Positions 30,586 to 44,202 are shown, counted from the stretch's first letter. The stretch is DNA of 64,000 nt from Opitutaceae bacterium (GCA_051252375.1 JBPOFY010000001.1:672001-736000), one strand, 5' to 3'. The notes: a model not told the origin generated them from the letters alone. Program-made: numbers and translations.

Positions 30586-31812
30586 ATGCTCCGTAGATAC
30601 CGCTATAAACTCGCTCGCAAGGCCAATGACTTTGCGCAGTTTACCGCGGATGTGATCTACGATCGGCGACATGGTCGTGCGGCGGAAATAATGTCGTCGT
30701 TCCTCTATGCGCTCTCTTTTCTCTTTAGTGGGATCGTGCAGTTGCGCTGGTATTTGTATGAGCATCGTATTCTGCGAAACAAGCCACTTGGGTGCCTAGT
30801 GGTCGTGGTGGGTAACTTGACGGTTGGCGGCACCGGTAAGACGCCAGTGGTGGAGAAATTTGCCCGCACCTTGCATGAGCGTGGACGAAAAGTGGCTATT
30901 TTGAGCCGAGGCTATAAGAGCAAGAAGGAGCCTTTGGCGAAGAAATTGTGGCGGATATTAACCCACGGCGAGGAAGCCCCACCTCGTGTTGTTAGTGACG
31001 GAAAAAAAGTCTTGCTAGATTCGGATGTAGCTGGTGACGAACCTTTTATGCTGGCGCAGAACTTGCCCGGCGTGGTGGTGCTCTGTGATAAAAATCGCGT
31101 GAAAGCCGGTTCATTTGCGATCCGCCGTTTCGGTTGCGACACGCTTATTTTGGATGACGGGTTTCAATATCTGCCGCTGAAAGGGCGGTTGAATCTGCTA
31201 TTGGTGGACAAGACCAACCCGTTTGGAAATCAGCATTTGCTGCCCCGGGGGATTCTGCGTGAGCCGATTAAGCACCTCTCGCGGGCGAGTTATATTTTTC
31301 TGACGAAGTCGGATGGCGTTCGCGACGATGCGCTCATGGAGCTCATTCGCGAGCATAACTCGGAGGCTGAAATCATTGAATGCGCCCACCAACCGCAGTT
31401 TTTGCAGGCGGTTGAATCGGATGAGCGTTTGCCCCTCGATGCGCTCAAAGGCGCGCGCATTGCATCATTTAGTGGGATCGCCTCGCCTGAAAGCTTTGAA
31501 AATATGTTGCGCGGTTATGGTGCTGAGATTCGTTACAATCAGCGCTTTCTCGATCACCATCGCTTTACTCGGTATGAGATCCAGCATCTCTACAAGAAGG
31601 CGGGGTCGGCGGATCTCGATATGATCGTGACCACAGAGAAGGATGCCGTGCGCCTGTTTGAGGACATCAAGGCCCCGATACCGATTTATTACCTTCGTCT
31701 AGAGATCGATATACTATCCGGGGAGGAAGACTTTGATGCTGCCGCCGCCCGTATTTGCTTACCTCGAAACAAGCAAGCTCCCGTGACGCGTGCCCCTTGG
31801 CCTGTTAAATAA
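30586..31812 (+). CDS. lpxK: Tetraacyldisaccharide 4'-kinase
   Basis: [43 protein letters not shown]. Confidence 0.95.
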   Translation: MLRRYRYKLARKANDFAQFTADVIYDRRHGRAAEIMSSFLYALSFLFSGIVQLRWYLYEHRILRNKPLGCLVVVVGNLTVGGTGKTPVVEKFARTLHERGRKVAILSRGYKSKKEPLAKKLWRILTHGEEAPPRVVSDGKKVLLDSDVAGDEPFMLAQNLPGVVVLCDKNRVKAGSFAIRRFGCDTLILDDGFQYLPLKGRLNLLLVDKTNPFGNQHLLPRGILREPIKHLSRASYIFLTKSDGVRDDALMELIREHNSEAEIIECAHQPQFLQAVESDERLPLDALKGARIASFSGIASPESFENMLRGYGAEIRYNQRFLDHHRFTRYEIQHLYKKAGSADLDMIVTTEKDAVRLFEDIKAPIPIYYLRLEIDILSGEEDFDAAAARICLPRNKQAPVTRAPWPVK

Positions 31813-32043
31813 TCGCCCGTAGTCGCGTAGATTGCGGGGGTGTGCCATTTTGAGTGCGGATAATGGCACTTGCATTTTGCTCAGAATAGTCGATAAGCGT
31901 GCTCACTATAACACATGTTAGGATTCAGAGCGTGGGTAGGCATCAGTTGGATAAGTTGTATTCATTCAGGTATCGCAGTTCATTTCAGGACACTCAAAGC
32001 AAAGAAGCAGGTGCTATAGCCTCAAAGAGACAAAGATAATAAT

Positions 32044-32487
32044 ATGAATACAAAGATGTATGTAGGCAATCTGTCCTACGACGCCAACGATGGCGAAATT
32101 CGTGAGCTTTTCGAAGCTCATGGCACTGTAAGCGACGTTTTCATCGTCAAGGATCGTGAGTCTGGTCGCCCTCGTGGCTTCGCTTTCGTTTCTATGGAAA
32201 CAGTTGAAGAAATGAACGCGGCAATCGAAGGCCTTAATGGCGCTGAGTTTATGGGCCGGAACCTCACAATCAACGAAGCACGTCCTCGCGAAGAGCGCCC
32301 ACAAGGTGGCGGCGGCGGTGGCGGTCGTAGCTTCGGTGGCGGCGGTGGCGGCGGCGGTGGTCGCGGCGGATACGGCGGCGGTGGCGGTGGCGGCGGTGAT
32401 CGTCGTGGCGGCGGTGGCGGTGGCTATGGTGGCGGAGGCGGCGGTGGTCGTGGTCGTGACCGTGGCGGTGATCGCGGCGGCTACTAA
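32044..32487 (+). CDS. RRM RNA-binding protein with Gly/Arg-rich tail
   Basis: RNP2 MYVGNL, RNP1 RGFAFV, poly-Gly RGG tail. Confidence 0.95.
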   Translation: MNTKMYVGNLSYDANDGEIRELFEAHGTVSDVFIVKDRESGRPRGFAFVSMETVEEMNAAIEGLNGAEFMGRNLTINEARPREERPQGGGGGGGRSFGGGGGGGGGRGGYGGGGGGGGDRRGGGGGGYGGGGGGGRGRDRGGDRGGY

Positions 32488-32513
32488 GCACTACGCTTAA
32501 CTAAAAACTTTCG

Positions 32514-32545
32514 AAAGAGGGCTCATTATTGAGCCCTCTTTTTTT
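32514..32545 (+). terminator. Rho-independent terminator
   Basis: AAAGAGGGCTCA-TTAT-TGAGCCCTC-T7. Confidence 0.9.
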
Positions 32546-32582
32546 GTTTGAATGCCCCAGTGAGTCGCTTTGCAGCAGATGC

Positions 32583-33680
32583 TTAATCTAAATACTGCTG
32601 GACCATTTGTCCGACGACTTGATCGCATGGTTCAAAGGCGATATCGGATCCGATATTACTGGCGACAATGACTGCAAAATCTTTTTCAGGTGCGATCCAA
32701 ATGACGCAGGTATACATGGTATTGGAGCCCACATGGTTGAGTGCCTTGCCTCCAGTCCAACCGCGTTCGCTAACGATCCAGCCTAGTGCGTAGTTCGAAA
32801 GGATCGGTGTGTGCAATGTTTCGTAACTAGCGCGCTCTTTGAGCACCGGTCCTATTTCTTGTTGCAAGTGCAGTTGCATCCATTTTGCCAGGTCAGGCAA
32901 TGAACTATGGATGGCATTTGCCGGAGCAATGGCGGGTGGGTTGTCGGCTCCAGGTCCTGGAGGAACGGGCGTCCCGTCACTGCGGTGACCCCAAGGTTGG
33001 TCCGGCTTGTTGCGTTTAGAGGCGGGTGCATAGAAGCCCGCAGACTTCATTTCAAGGGGGTCAAAGATTCGAGTCTGAATGAGTGACTCCCAGCTTTTGC
33101 GCGTGGTGGCTTCCATCATTACCCCGGCAACGGAGAACCCAGTGTTGGAGTAGATGTATTGTGTGCCGGGTTCGACGTTTGGTGTTTCTTTGAGGACGGA
33201 CTTTGCAAATGCTTTGCGTTGATTTTGTGGGCTGCCTTTTAGCTCCCATGCCTCGGTCCATATCGCGGGAGTGACATCTTTGGAGAAGCCTCCAGTGTTG
33301 GAGAGCATCTGCTTTAGGGTGGCCTGTCCATAGGCTGAACGTTGTCCAATGCTTGTTAGGCTGTCGGCAATGGTTGTATCCCAGGTGAGTGTGCCATCTT
33401 CGACTAAGGTGGCAGCCAGTGTCGCGGTAAAGGCCTTGCTGCACGAACCGATGTGATACTTGTCGTCGATTGTGACGGGTGTCTTGTCGCCTTTTTTACG
33501 AACACCTGAGGCACCGACAGCTTTTACTTTGCCGTCGACGATCACTAATGCGGCCAGGGAAGGCAGCTTGGGATTGTTCGCTAGATGATCTTGGAGTAGT
33601 TCTTCTAGGCGTTCAGATTGGGCATTTGCTTGAAGTGAAAGTGCTAAGCCTATGATGAAGTATCGTATCTTTTTGCCCAT
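32583..33680 (-). CDS. Serine hydrolase, beta-lactamase class C-like family
   Basis: Signal peptide, SxxK (GSCSKA), YSN, HVGS. Confidence 0.88.
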   Translation of the reverse strand: MGKKIRYFIIGLALSLQANAQSERLEELLQDHLANNPKLPSLAALVIVDGKVKAVGASGVRKKGDKTPVTIDDKYHIGSCSKAFTATLAATLVEDGTLTWDTTIADSLTSIGQRSAYGQATLKQMLSNTGGFSKDVTPAIWTEAWELKGSPQNQRKAFAKSVLKETPNVEPGTQYIYSNTGFSVAGVMMEATTRKSWESLIQTRIFDPLEMKSAGFYAPASKRNKPDQPWGHRSDGTPVPPGPGADNPPAIAPANAIHSSLPDLAKWMQLHLQQEIGPVLKERASYETLHTPILSNYALGWIVSERGWTGGKALNHVGSNTMYTCVIWIAPEKDFAVIVASNIGSDIAFEPCDQVVGQMVQQYLD

Positions 33681-33691
33681 GCCTAAAGGTA

Positions 33692-34546
33692 TTACTCCTT
33701 ATAGGCTTGGCTGACCAGTTCTTTTAGACGCCCCACTTCGGCGGTGGAGGTCTTCGCGATAAAGCCGCGGGCATGGGTGAAGTGGACGTCTTCTTCGCCG
33801 TCGAGTTGGGTGAACTCCATGCGTGGATCGTCGTTAAAGCGGCGCATGCCATAGCCTGTGCCGCGACTATCGGGATAGATGAGCGCGAGCACTTCTTCTT
33901 CGAGTCCGAGGGCCATTACATGACCGCCGAGTCCAGCGGACGCTTCATCTGGCATCGGATCGGTGCGCGGCATGAAGAGGGCTTTGAAGTGATCGAATTC
34001 CCAGACTTCGGCATGTTGGGCGACGAAGTCTAGGCGTGCTCGCAGGCCTGTAACGTAGTCGACGAGGTCTTGACCGATCATGCGCATGATCTCCCAGATC
34101 GGCTCGCCTGGTTTGTGCTCGGTTTGGCTGGCGAAACGGCGAAGGATGGTGATGTCGAGTGGGGAGTTTAGCTTGCCGAGAGTTTCGCGATCCATGCCCA
34201 ACCATTCAGCTGTATCCACTGGTCCCCTACAATCAAACCACTCCGCAACTTCGAGCCAGGAGCAAAACTCGCGTGAGTCTTCGTAGATGCCAAGGTGCTG
34301 GAGCACGAGTGAGAGTGCACAAGTCGGCACGTGATCGCGCGGCAATTGATGGTGGTCAAAATTGTGTAGCTCCGGGTTGTGTTGATGGCCGATATCAAGC
34401 ACGGCAATTGTGGTATCGGCGAGATCGGCTTCAGTCGGGTCGCGGCGTTCGATAGCAACAGGTGCTTGAGTGAGGAGCACGGCGCAGGCGAGAAAGTCGT
34501 CTTTGTGGGCGCCGCCTGGATGAGTTACGATGGTTGCTATAGGCAT
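33692..34546 (-). CDS. MYG1-family (DHH-like) protein
   Basis: THPGGAHKDDF, FDHHQ, FTHARGFIAK. Confidence 0.8.
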   Translation of the reverse strand: MPIATIVTHPGGAHKDDFLACAVLLTQAPVAIERRDPTEADLADTTIAVLDIGHQHNPELHNFDHHQLPRDHVPTCALSLVLQHLGIYEDSREFCSWLEVAEWFDCRGPVDTAEWLGMDRETLGKLNSPLDITILRRFASQTEHKPGEPIWEIMRMIGQDLVDYVTGLRARLDFVAQHAEVWEFDHFKALFMPRTDPMPDEASAGLGGHVMALGLEEEVLALIYPDSRGTGYGMRRFNDDPRMEFTQLDGEEDVHFTHARGFIAKTSTAEVGRLKELVSQAYKE

Positions 34547-34551
34547 CCACC

Positions 34552-34579
34552 GAGTGGGGAGTGGAGAGTGGAGAGTGGC
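34552..34579. repeat. Heptamer tandem repeat (GAGTGGN)x4
   Basis: GAGTGGG GAGTGGA GAGTGGA GAGTGGC. Confidence 0.85.
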
Positions 34580-34597
34580 AAGTGCTTTCCTGTTTTC

Positions 34598-34678
34598 TTA
34601 ATCATAATCTTAATCGTTTTTTTGGGATTAAGATTAAGAGTAGGCTTCGGCAGGCTCAGCCCAGGAGAGTCGGATTAA
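34598..34678. repeat. Gene-less inverted hexamer element with an insertion in the right arm
   Basis: TTAATC ATAATC TTAATC -10 nt- GATTAA GATTAA GAGTAG [CTTCGGCAGGCTCAG...] GATTAA. Confidence 0.8.
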
Positions 34679-34693
34679 GGCGACTTTGCGCAC

Positions 34694-34727
34694 AAAAAAG
34701 TCCCCGCTCTTTCGAGTCGGGGACTTT
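34694..34727 (-). terminator. Terminator of the second fusA
   Basis: AAAAAAGTCCCCG...CGGGGACTTT hairpin. Confidence 0.85.
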
Positions 34728-34774
34728 GTTAAATGCGGAATTCAGTCTCCTGAATCCTAACAGCTGCGAATCAA

Positions 34775-36868
<2,094 letters not shown>

Positions 36869-37091
36869 GATCTAATCTATTGTGTTTAAGAGTCTGTTTT
36901 AGATGGATTTAGAGAGCTTTTCGGATCGCGAGATCAGCCCACGGTTTTCCAAAAAAGAGGCGGAGATTAGGACTCCGTGCAAATACTGCAAGGCAAGAAA
37001 ATATATGATTTTCAGTATTGTTTCAGGTGGAATTGATTGAAAAAGAGCGTTGAGATCGGGGGGCTTCTAATTATGCAGGTTAGTTCTACTT

Positions 37092-38528
37092 ATGATTCAT
37101 TACTCCAACTATATTAACGGTCAATTCGTCGAATCCTCTCATGGCGACACGATCACAGTGATTAACCCTTCGACCGGCGAGGCGATCTCGACGATTCCGA
37201 ATAGCACTGCTGCGGAAGTCGATGCTGCGATCGATGCTGCAGAGGCGGCACAGCCAGCTTGGGGCGCATTACCAGCAATTGAGCGCGCAAAGCATCTTCA
37301 TGTGTTGGCTGATAAGCTGCGTGAGAAGGTGGAGCCTTTGGCCCGCTGCATCACGGAAGAGCAAGGGAAGACGCTGGGGCTTGCTCGCGTTGAGGTGAAT
37401 TTTACAGCCGACTATTTGGACTATATGGCCGAATGGGGGCGCCGTATTGAGGGCGAAATTATCGAGAGTGACCGCCCGAAGGAGAATATTTTTCTTTTTC
37501 ATAAGCCGATTGGAGTGGTGGCAGGTATTTTGCCATGGAATTTCCCGTTCTTCCTGATCGCTCGTAAAATGGCGCCGGCTTTAATTTGCGGGAACTCTAT
37601 TGTTCTCAAGCCTAGTGAAGAAACCCCGAACAACGCTTTCGAGTTTTGTAAGATACTTGCCGAAACAGATATTCCGGCTGGCTTGGTGAATTTGGTTTCG
37701 GGACTCGGTGCCGTTTCTGGTCGTGCCTTGACGGAGAATCCTAAAGTGGGGCTCATTAGTTTCACTGGAAGTGTCGAAACTGGTTCGCGCATCATGGGCG
37801 CCGCGGCGAAGCACATCACTAAGGTGAATTTAGAGCTCGGCGGTAAGGCGCCGGCGATCGTTACCGCCAATGCTGATCTCGATATGGCTGCGACTGCGAT
37901 TCAAGCCTCTCGCGTGATCAACAGTGGTCAGGTGTGCAACTGCGCGGAGCGCGTTTACGTGCAGCGTTCAGTGGCTGAAGCGTTTACCGCGAAACTCGTG
38001 GAGAAGATGAAGGCTGCTCGCTTTGGTAACCCCCTGGAAGATGAGACGGTCGATTACGGACCAATGATCAATCAAGCCGGTTATGAGAAGATCGTCACTT
38101 TATTGGAGAGCTCAGTGGCTGCAGGCGCGAAGGTGCTTTGTGGTGGAAAGCGCGGCGGAGACGAAGGTGGTTTCTATTTTGAGCCGACAGTCGTCGGGGA
38201 TTGCACGCAAGATATGGATCTTGTGCAAAAGGAAATCTTTGGGCCGGTGGTGCCGATTGTTATTTTCGATACGCTGGATGAAGCGGTCGCTATGGCGAAT
38301 GATACGGAGTATGGACTGACATCATCTGTGTTCTCTAACGATATCAACGAAGCCATGAATCTCGTGGATGAATTGAACTTCGGCGAAACATACATCAACC
38401 GCGAGCACTTCGAGGCGATGCAAGGCTACCATGCTGGCTGGCGTAAGTCCGGAATCGGTGGTGCTGATGGCAAGCACGGTCTGTATGAGTTCATGCAGAC
38501 GCAGGTCGTTTACATGCAACGTCACTAA
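37092..38528 (+). CDS. aldA: Aldehyde dehydrogenase, AldA/lactaldehyde dehydrogenase-like
   Basis: LPWNFPF, KPSEETP, LELGGKAP, SGQVCNCAER, EIFGPV, GIGGADGKHG; substrate not determinable from sequence. Confidence 0.85.
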   Translation: MIHYSNYINGQFVESSHGDTITVINPSTGEAISTIPNSTAAEVDAAIDAAEAAQPAWGALPAIERAKHLHVLADKLREKVEPLARCITEEQGKTLGLARVEVNFTADYLDYMAEWGRRIEGEIIESDRPKENIFLFHKPIGVVAGILPWNFPFFLIARKMAPALICGNSIVLKPSEETPNNAFEFCKILAETDIPAGLVNLVSGLGAVSGRALTENPKVGLISFTGSVETGSRIMGAAAKHITKVNLELGGKAPAIVTANADLDMAATAIQASRVINSGQVCNCAERVYVQRSVAEAFTAKLVEKMKAARFGNPLEDETVDYGPMINQAGYEKIVTLLESSVAAGAKVLCGGKRGGDEGGFYFEPTVVGDCTQDMDLVQKEIFGPVVPIVIFDTLDEAVAMANDTEYGLTSSVFSNDINEAMNLVDELNFGETYINREHFEAMQGYHAGWRKSGIGGADGKHGLYEFMQTQVVYMQRH

Positions 38529-38664
38529 GTCGCGAACTTCGAAGTCGTAGGTCGCCGTCTTTCGTCACGTGCCTCCGTCTTCGGGGTTCGGAGGCGTGTG
38601 TAGCTATATGTATGAAGTCAGCTTAGTATTGCCTTATTATGGGTCCTCTGAGTGTTTGCGTGTA

Positions 38665-39312
38665 ATGAAACGAGTATTTTTAATTGTGTGCGTGCTGCTG
38701 GGAGGGGGGACTTCGGTTCTTCAAGCTGCTTCTGATGGAGGCGCCAGTTACAACCTGTTGCTTAAGTATGAGTTGAACGACGATTGGTTTTTAATCTCAC
38801 GTTCCAATATGGCTAGCCGATTTCATTACGAGGATCATTTCTTTGGCTATACCGGCTTAGGTTTGGGTTACAATTTTGATAAGAACTGGAGTGTCCGGGT
38901 AGGCTATCGCCACGCGTGGATTCGACCCGGCGAAGAGTGGCTAGAAGAAAATCGACCCTATGCAGAGGCTTACTATGCGAATGTGTATGACGGTTTTCGC
39001 GTGACTAATCGCAGTCGATTTGAATTACGCTTATTCGATTACCGCGAGGACGATGTGCGCTTTCGAAATGAAGTCGTCGTCGAAGCGCCGTGGGAGTTTA
39101 CCTCGTTGAAACTGAAACCGTATGTTGAAGAAGAATTTTTCTACGGCTTTGATCAGAGTCGGTTCGAAGCGAATTGGCTGGGCGGTGGTTTGTCCTGGAG
39201 GCCGATGAAGGGTGTGAAGCTGAAAATCGGCTATCGCTGGGTGCACCAACGCATCGGAAAGAGCTGGTCCAACCGAAACGTCATCGTGACTGGCGTGAAT
39301 TTCTTCTTCTAA
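38665..39312 (+). CDS. Outer-membrane beta-barrel protein (DUF2490-like)
   Basis: Signal peptide, EENRPY, RSRFELR, RFRN, amphipathic strands, terminal Phe. Confidence 0.8.
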   Translation: MKRVFLIVCVLLGGGTSVLQAASDGGASYNLLLKYELNDDWFLISRSNMASRFHYEDHFFGYTGLGLGYNFDKNWSVRVGYRHAWIRPGEEWLEENRPYAEAYYANVYDGFRVTNRSRFELRLFDYREDDVRFRNEVVVEAPWEFTSLKLKPYVEEEFFYGFDQSRFEANWLGGGLSWRPMKGVKLKIGYRWVHQRIGKSWSNRNVIVTGVNFFF

Positions 39313-40457
39313 CCGACCACGCTGGAGAGTTGGAAGATAGGTAGGAACATCGCCATAACGATGCCACCAATCACAATACCAAGGAAGCAGATCAAAAGCG
39401 GCTCCATCAACGATGTCAGTGCTTTGACGAGTGTGTCCACTTCTGCGTCGTAGAAATCGGCTACTTTAACTAGCATGCCGTCGACGTTACCAGTTTGTTC
39501 GCCAGCCCGTGTCATGTGTTTGACCATCGGAGGGAAGTAGGGGTCGTCGGCCACGACTTCGGATACCTGACCGCCTTGGCTGATGTGCTTGGAGACATTT
39601 TTGCAGGCTGCTTCGACGAAGACATTGCCTGATGCCGAAGCGACAATTTCCAGTGTGCGCAGAATCGGCACGCCTGAACGCATGAGAATCGCGTAGGTGC
39701 GGCAGAAGCGTGAAAGGTTCACTTTTCGCGCGAGTTCACCAATGACTGGGATTTTAAGGATAAGTGTGTCTTTGACCACTCGACCTTTGGGCGTGGCGAC
39801 GAATTTCTTAATCAACCAAATGATCCCGAAGATGCCCGCGATGAGGAAAATGATGTAAGACTTCAAGAAGTCGCTGACTCCGATCAGGATTTGAGTCGGC
39901 TTGGGTAGTTCGGCTCCAAAGTCTTTGAACATGTCCGCAAAAACCGGAATCACGAAGATGAGGAGCACGTTGACCAAAATGACGGCTAGGCCGATCACGA
40001 CCACAGGATAAACCAGCGCACCTTTGACCTGCTTGATCAGTTTAACTGTGTCTTCAAAGTAGGTAGAGGTTTTGTCGAGGATTTCAGCGAGGCTACCGCT
40101 GGCCTCACCGGCTTCCACCATGGATACGAAGAGATTTGGGAATGCCTTAGGATAATCACCACAGGCATCGGAAAAAGAGCGCCCGGCGGACACTTCGTTT
40201 TTCACATTGCGTATAATGACTTGAAAAACCGGATTCTCGGTTTGTTCTTCAAGGGCTTCGAGCGCGCTGACCAGAGGGAGGCCCGCTTCGAGCATGGCGG
40301 CGAGTTGTTGCGTGAAGACGGTTAATTCAACCAGTTTTACCTTCTTACGCTTTGCCTGCTTCTCGTAAGACTTTCGTTTGGCCAGTCTCTGCCCTTCGGC
40401 GAAACTTCGTTTTTTGGAGCCGGAGGTGCTTCCGGAGGACGAATTGAGTGTAGCCAT
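39309..40457 (-). CDS. pilC: Type II secretion/type IV pilus platform protein (GspF/PilC)
   Basis: FTQQLAAMLEAGLP, AGEASGSL, AGEQTG, LMEPLLI, AMFLPIF. Confidence 0.92.
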   Translation of the reverse strand: MATLNSSSGSTSGSKKRSFAEGQRLAKRKSYEKQAKRKKVKLVELTVFTQQLAAMLEAGLPLVSALEALEEQTENPVFQVIIRNVKNEVSAGRSFSDACGDYPKAFPNLFVSMVEAGEASGSLAEILDKTSTYFEDTVKLIKQVKGALVYPVVVIGLAVILVNVLLIFVIPVFADMFKDFGAELPKPTQILIGVSDFLKSYIIFLIAGIFGIIWLIKKFVATPKGRVVKDTLILKIPVIGELARKVNLSRFCRTYAILMRSGVPILRTLEIVASASGNVFVEAACKNVSKHISQGGQVSEVVADDPYFPPMVKHMTRAGEQTGNVDGMLVKVADFYDAEVDTLVKALTSLMEPLLICFLGIVIGGIVMAMFLPIFQLSSVVG

Positions 40458-40698
40458 ATTTGTATCGTGGTAGGTTTCTAACTACGGGATTGTTGTTATC
40501 TGCGGGGCACATGCAAGTTTTCGTGTCGGCATAAGGGCTTATTTATGGATTTTGACACGAATTTTAGTGAATTTACAGTGCCTGAGCCGTATCGTCGCTC
40601 GTAAATGGGGTGAAAAAACAGTGCGATCTCGCCTTGACAGAGCGCGAGCAAGAGGTTTCTCTCCACCGCTTTTCTACAATTTTAAAGGATAACACATC

Positions 40699-40854
40699 AT
40701 GGGACCTACATACAGACCTTCTAAATTACGCCGCGCTCGCAAACTTGGTTTTCGTGCACGCAATGCAACACGCGGTGGCCGCAAGGTTCTCGCAGCACGC
40801 CGTGCTAAAGGCCGCTACCGTTTAGCCGCGAGACCTTCCGTCAAGCCAGTTTAG
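40699..40854 (+). CDS. rpmH: 50S ribosomal protein L34 (absent from the ORF track)
   Basis: Translated by hand: [51 protein letters not shown]; precedes rnpA. Confidence 0.95.
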   Translation: MGPTYRPSKLRRARKLGFRARNATRGGRKVLAARRAKGRYRLAARPSVKPV

Positions 40855-40870
40855 CAGGAAGCATGATGCC

Positions 40871-41245
40871 ATGGGCGTCCCTGCATCACAGCGCTTGCGC
40901 AAGCAAAGCGATTTTCGACAGATCCGCAGTCAGGGTATCCGTATCCACTGCGGGTCTTTCATTTTTCAATGTTTGCAACGTAGTGAGGACTCCGCAGCGC
41001 AGTCTCGATTAAGCGTGATCGCTAGTCGCCGAGTGGGCAACGCGGTGAAACGTAACTACGGCAAGCGGATGTTGCGCGAAATTTTCCGCAAGAATCAAGC
41101 CGCACTGCCGCCTAATACTGACGTAGTCATCGTGCTGCGCGGCAGTTACGATACACAAAGTTATGCTCAATTGGAGGCTCGTTATTTGAAAGCCTGCGGT
41201 AACTTTTCGAAAAACATTGTGCCCACCAAGGAGACCGAAGCGTGA
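40871..41245 (+). CDS. rnpA: Ribonuclease P protein component
   Basis: [24 protein letters not shown] (RNR-like motif), synteny. Confidence 0.93.
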   Translation: MGVPASQRLRKQSDFRQIRSQGIRIHCGSFIFQCLQRSEDSAAQSRLSVIASRRVGNAVKRNYGKRMLREIFRKNQAALPPNTDVVIVLRGSYDTQSYAQLEARYLKACGNFSKNIVPTKETEA

Positions 41246-41562
41246 TGAAAGCTCCTGCTCAACGACCTTCGATACTCGCGGTAAGTGCTGCGGGTCTGGT
41301 GCGCTTATATCAATTAATCGTTTCCCCGATTAAATATTTATTTTTTGGCCCAAGTTGTGGTTGTCGTTTTCATCCCACTTGCTCCTGTTATTCGCACGCC
41401 GCCCTGCTTAAACACGGCTTTTGGCGCGGGTCACTACTCTCATTGCGAAGGATTCTTCGCTGCCATCCTTGGCATCCCGGCGGAGAAGATCCTGTTCCAG
41501 ACTTGAAAAGCGAGTCGAGACAAGACATCTCAGCACCCTTCAATACACATTTAGATGGATAA
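41245..41562 (+). CDS. yidD: Membrane protein insertion efficiency factor
   Basis: [27 protein letters not shown]. Confidence 0.95.
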   Translation: MKAPAQRPSILAVSAAGLVRLYQLIVSPIKYLFFGPSCGCRFHPTCSCYSHAALLKHGFWRGSLLSLRRILRCHPWHPGGEDPVPDLKSESRQDISAPFNTHLDG

Positions 41563-43387
41563 AAAGAACACATTTCTAGGCGTAATCTGCATCGTAGCCG
41601 GTATTGGCTTCATGTTTTGGCAAGCCAAACAAGTAGAGGAGCAGCGCGAGCAGCAGCTTTTAAATGCGCCTGTCGTGGCGGAGCCATCGGAGTCGTCGAC
41701 TCCGGCTGACGCAGTCATGGCGCCCGGTGCGCCGAGTGATACTGCTGGCAATGAATCCATTCTCGGACTTCTCGCTAAAGATGTCGTCGATGAAGCGGAA
41801 GTAGCAGTTCAGGTCGCAGTTGCGACCGTTGAGGAACAGACAGTTGAGCTCGCCAATGACTTTATCGAAGTTGATTTCACGACACGCGGTGGTGCGATTC
41901 GCACGGTCTCCTTTCTCCAAACAAAACGCGGAGAGCGTGATGACTATATTTTCAATGACGAGGGTCTGTTGCCTGCGCTTAGCTTGAGTTTGAATGATGG
42001 CGGCAAAATGCACGAGGTTGCGTTGGATTATGCAATCGAGTCGCGGACCTATGATTCGATTACCTTTGTCCTTGATAGCGGAGATGGACTCGTCATTCGC
42101 CGGACTTACACGCTTTCAAACGGCGATGAGGATCACGATCCATACTCCATCCGCCACACCACGACATTCAGCAACAACGGAAGTGCGCCAAAATCGCTCG
42201 CTACGATATATCTGAATCTGGGCACAGCACGTCCGATCTCCAAGAATCCGTTGCCCACGTATTTGACAGTGGGCTACTTTGATGGCGAAGACGCCGATTT
42301 TGTTGCGATCAACAAGTTGACTGGTGGAAAAGGTTTTCTCGGCATCGGTGCGAGCGATCCAAAGGATGAGATCAAGAAAGATGCAGTTATTCAGTGGGCA
42401 TCGGTAAAGAATCAGTTTTTTGCAGGTGTGCTTTCTTCGGAAACCGCAGGCAGCGAGTTGTATATTTATCCTGTTAAGGGCGAAGATGCGCTGGCCAGTG
42501 CGGACCCTGCCTTGGTTGGTATTTCCGGTAGTGCAGGTTATAAAATCGGCACGCTCGCCGCAGGAGAGACCGAAACCTTGGACTTTGATTTTTATGTTGG
42601 ACCTAAGGAGTTCAAGCGCTTGCAGGCGATGGGTAACGAGCAGGACCGAGTCATGCAATTCGGTTTCCTTTCCTTTATCAGTAAACTGCTGCTCGCGTTC
42701 ATGTATGCGATCCACTCGGTTGTGCCTAGTTGGGGTTGGTCGATCGTGATCATGACCATCTGTATCAAGACGCTCTTCTGGCCACTCACTGCCAAGGCTA
42801 GCCGCTCGCAAAAGCGCATGGCCAAGATCCAAGCGCCGATGGCAGAACTGAAGGAAAAGTATAAGGACAATCCTCAACGTATTCAGCAAGAGACCTTGAA
42901 GCTGTTCAAGGAGCATCAAGTGAATCCAGTCGCTGGCTGTTTGCCGATGCTGATCCAGATGCCTATTTTCTTGGGGCTTTTCTATATGTTGCGCACAGCT
43001 TCTGAGCTACGCCATGAGCCGTTCCTGTGGGTCACCGATTTGTCTCAGCCTGATACATTGATGGAAATTGCTGGATTCCCGATCAACATCCTCCCGCTGA
43101 TCATGGGTGCCACCATGTTCTTGCAAATGAGTATGATGCCGGTCAATCCTTCGGCGGACCCCGCGCAACAGAAGATATTCAAGTTTCTTCCGTTTATCTT
43201 TTTAATCTTCCTCTATAATTTCTCTTCCGGCTTGGTGCTTTACTGGACATGTCAGAATATTCTCACTATTGTGCAGCAGAAGATTATTAACAACCAACCC
43301 GATCAACCTCTGAAGCCTGTCGCCGCCGCTGCGGCACCAGCGAAGGGTAAGGGTGGGGCACCTCGCACAAAGCCACGCAAAAAATAG
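41555..43387 (+). CDS. yidC: Membrane protein insertase YidC
   Basis: [36 protein letters not shown]. Confidence 0.96.
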   Translation: MDKKNTFLGVICIVAGIGFMFWQAKQVEEQREQQLLNAPVVAEPSESSTPADAVMAPGAPSDTAGNESILGLLAKDVVDEAEVAVQVAVATVEEQTVELANDFIEVDFTTRGGAIRTVSFLQTKRGERDDYIFNDEGLLPALSLSLNDGGKMHEVALDYAIESRTYDSITFVLDSGDGLVIRRTYTLSNGDEDHDPYSIRHTTTFSNNGSAPKSLATIYLNLGTARPISKNPLPTYLTVGYFDGEDADFVAINKLTGGKGFLGIGASDPKDEIKKDAVIQWASVKNQFFAGVLSSETAGSELYIYPVKGEDALASADPALVGISGSAGYKIGTLAAGETETLDFDFYVGPKEFKRLQAMGNEQDRVMQFGFLSFISKLLLAFMYAIHSVVPSWGWSIVIMTICIKTLFWPLTAKASRSQKRMAKIQAPMAELKEKYKDNPQRIQQETLKLFKEHQVNPVAGCLPMLIQMPIFLGLFYMLRTASELRHEPFLWVTDLSQPDTLMEIAGFPINILPLIMGATMFLQMSMMPVNPSADPAQQKIFKFLPFIFLIFLYNFSSGLVLYWTCQNILTIVQQKIINNQPDQPLKPVAAAAAPAKGKGGAPRTKPRKK

Positions 43388-43452
43388 TCGAATACTTCCC
43401 CTAGCTGTATTTTCAGCTTTTCACTAAATCACATATCTACATTTTATCGCTT

Positions 43453-44202
43453 ATGTCTGGACATAGTAAATGGGCTACAATCAAACGAGCTAAAGGCGCA
43501 ACAGATGCCAAACGCGGCAAACTGTTTAGTGTGCTTAGTAAAGATATCACACTCGCGGCACGCGATGGCGGCGGCGACCCTGGATTCAACCCGCGCTTGC
43601 GCACGGTGATAGCGAAAGCCAAGGCCGCGAACATGCCGGCGGATAATGTCGATCGTGCGATTAAAAAAGGCACGGGCGAGTTGCCAGGTGTGGTATACGA
43701 AGAAATCGTCTATGAAGGTTATGCGCCTGGTGGCGTCGGTCTCATTGTTGAAGTGACGACGGACAACAAGAACCGTTCCGCCTCTGAAGTGCGTAGCACT
43801 ATGGGTAAGAATGGCGGTAACTTGGCTGGTGTCGGAGCTGTGGCTTTTCAATTTGACCGCAAAGGTCAGTTCATCATCGATGCCAAGCAAATCGAAGAGG
43901 AGGCCCTAATGGATCTGACCTTAGAGGCTGGTGCGGAAGATATCAAAAACGAAGGCGATCACTTTGAAGTGATTTGCCCAATGGGTGAATATGATCATCT
44001 GACACAGGCATTGTCCGATAAAGAGGTGGAGTCTGAATCGGCCGATTTGGTCTATTTGCCCAACATTCTGGTTCCGATTGATGACATAGATACTGCCCGT
44101 AAAGTGCTTCATCTCATCGAGTTGCTCGACAACCTAGAAGACGTGAAAGCCGTCCACTCGAATCTCGATCTCGCTGAAGACTTATTGGGAGAGGACGAAT
44201 AA
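43453..44202 (+). CDS. yebC: YebC/PmpR family protein
   Basis: MSGHSKWATIK, YEGYAPGG, TDNKNRS. Confidence 0.95.
   Translation: MSGHSKWATIKRAKGATDAKRGKLFSVLSKDITLAARDGGGDPGFNPRLRTVIAKAKAANMPADNVDRAIKKGTGELPGVVYEEIVYEGYAPGGVGLIVEVTTDNKNRSASEVRSTMGKNGGNLAGVGAVAFQFDRKGQFIIDAKQIEEEALMDLTLEAGAEDIKNEGDHFEVICPMGEYDHLTQALSDKEVESESADLVYLPNILVPIDDIDTARKVLHLIELLDNLEDVKAVHSNLDLAEDLLGEDE

Noticed and set aside
32305..32484. GGC/GGT trinucleotide-rich tract
   Set aside because: It simply encodes the Gly-rich tail of the RRM protein.
32583..33680. Antibiotic-resistance beta-lactamase
   Set aside because: SxxK and YxN are shared by many esterases and peptidases of this fold; the KTG triad is replaced by HVG and there is no mobile context.
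38566..38600. Hairpin GCCTCCG...CGGAGGC after aldA as an ncRNA
   Set aside because: Short single stem just after a stop codon; more simply a terminator or stabilising hairpin, with no other support.
40458..40698. Replication origin next to rpmH-rnpA-yidD-yidC
   Set aside because: No dnaA adjacent and no cluster of TTATCCACA boxes seen; the only near match noticed is an isolated one at ~12900.
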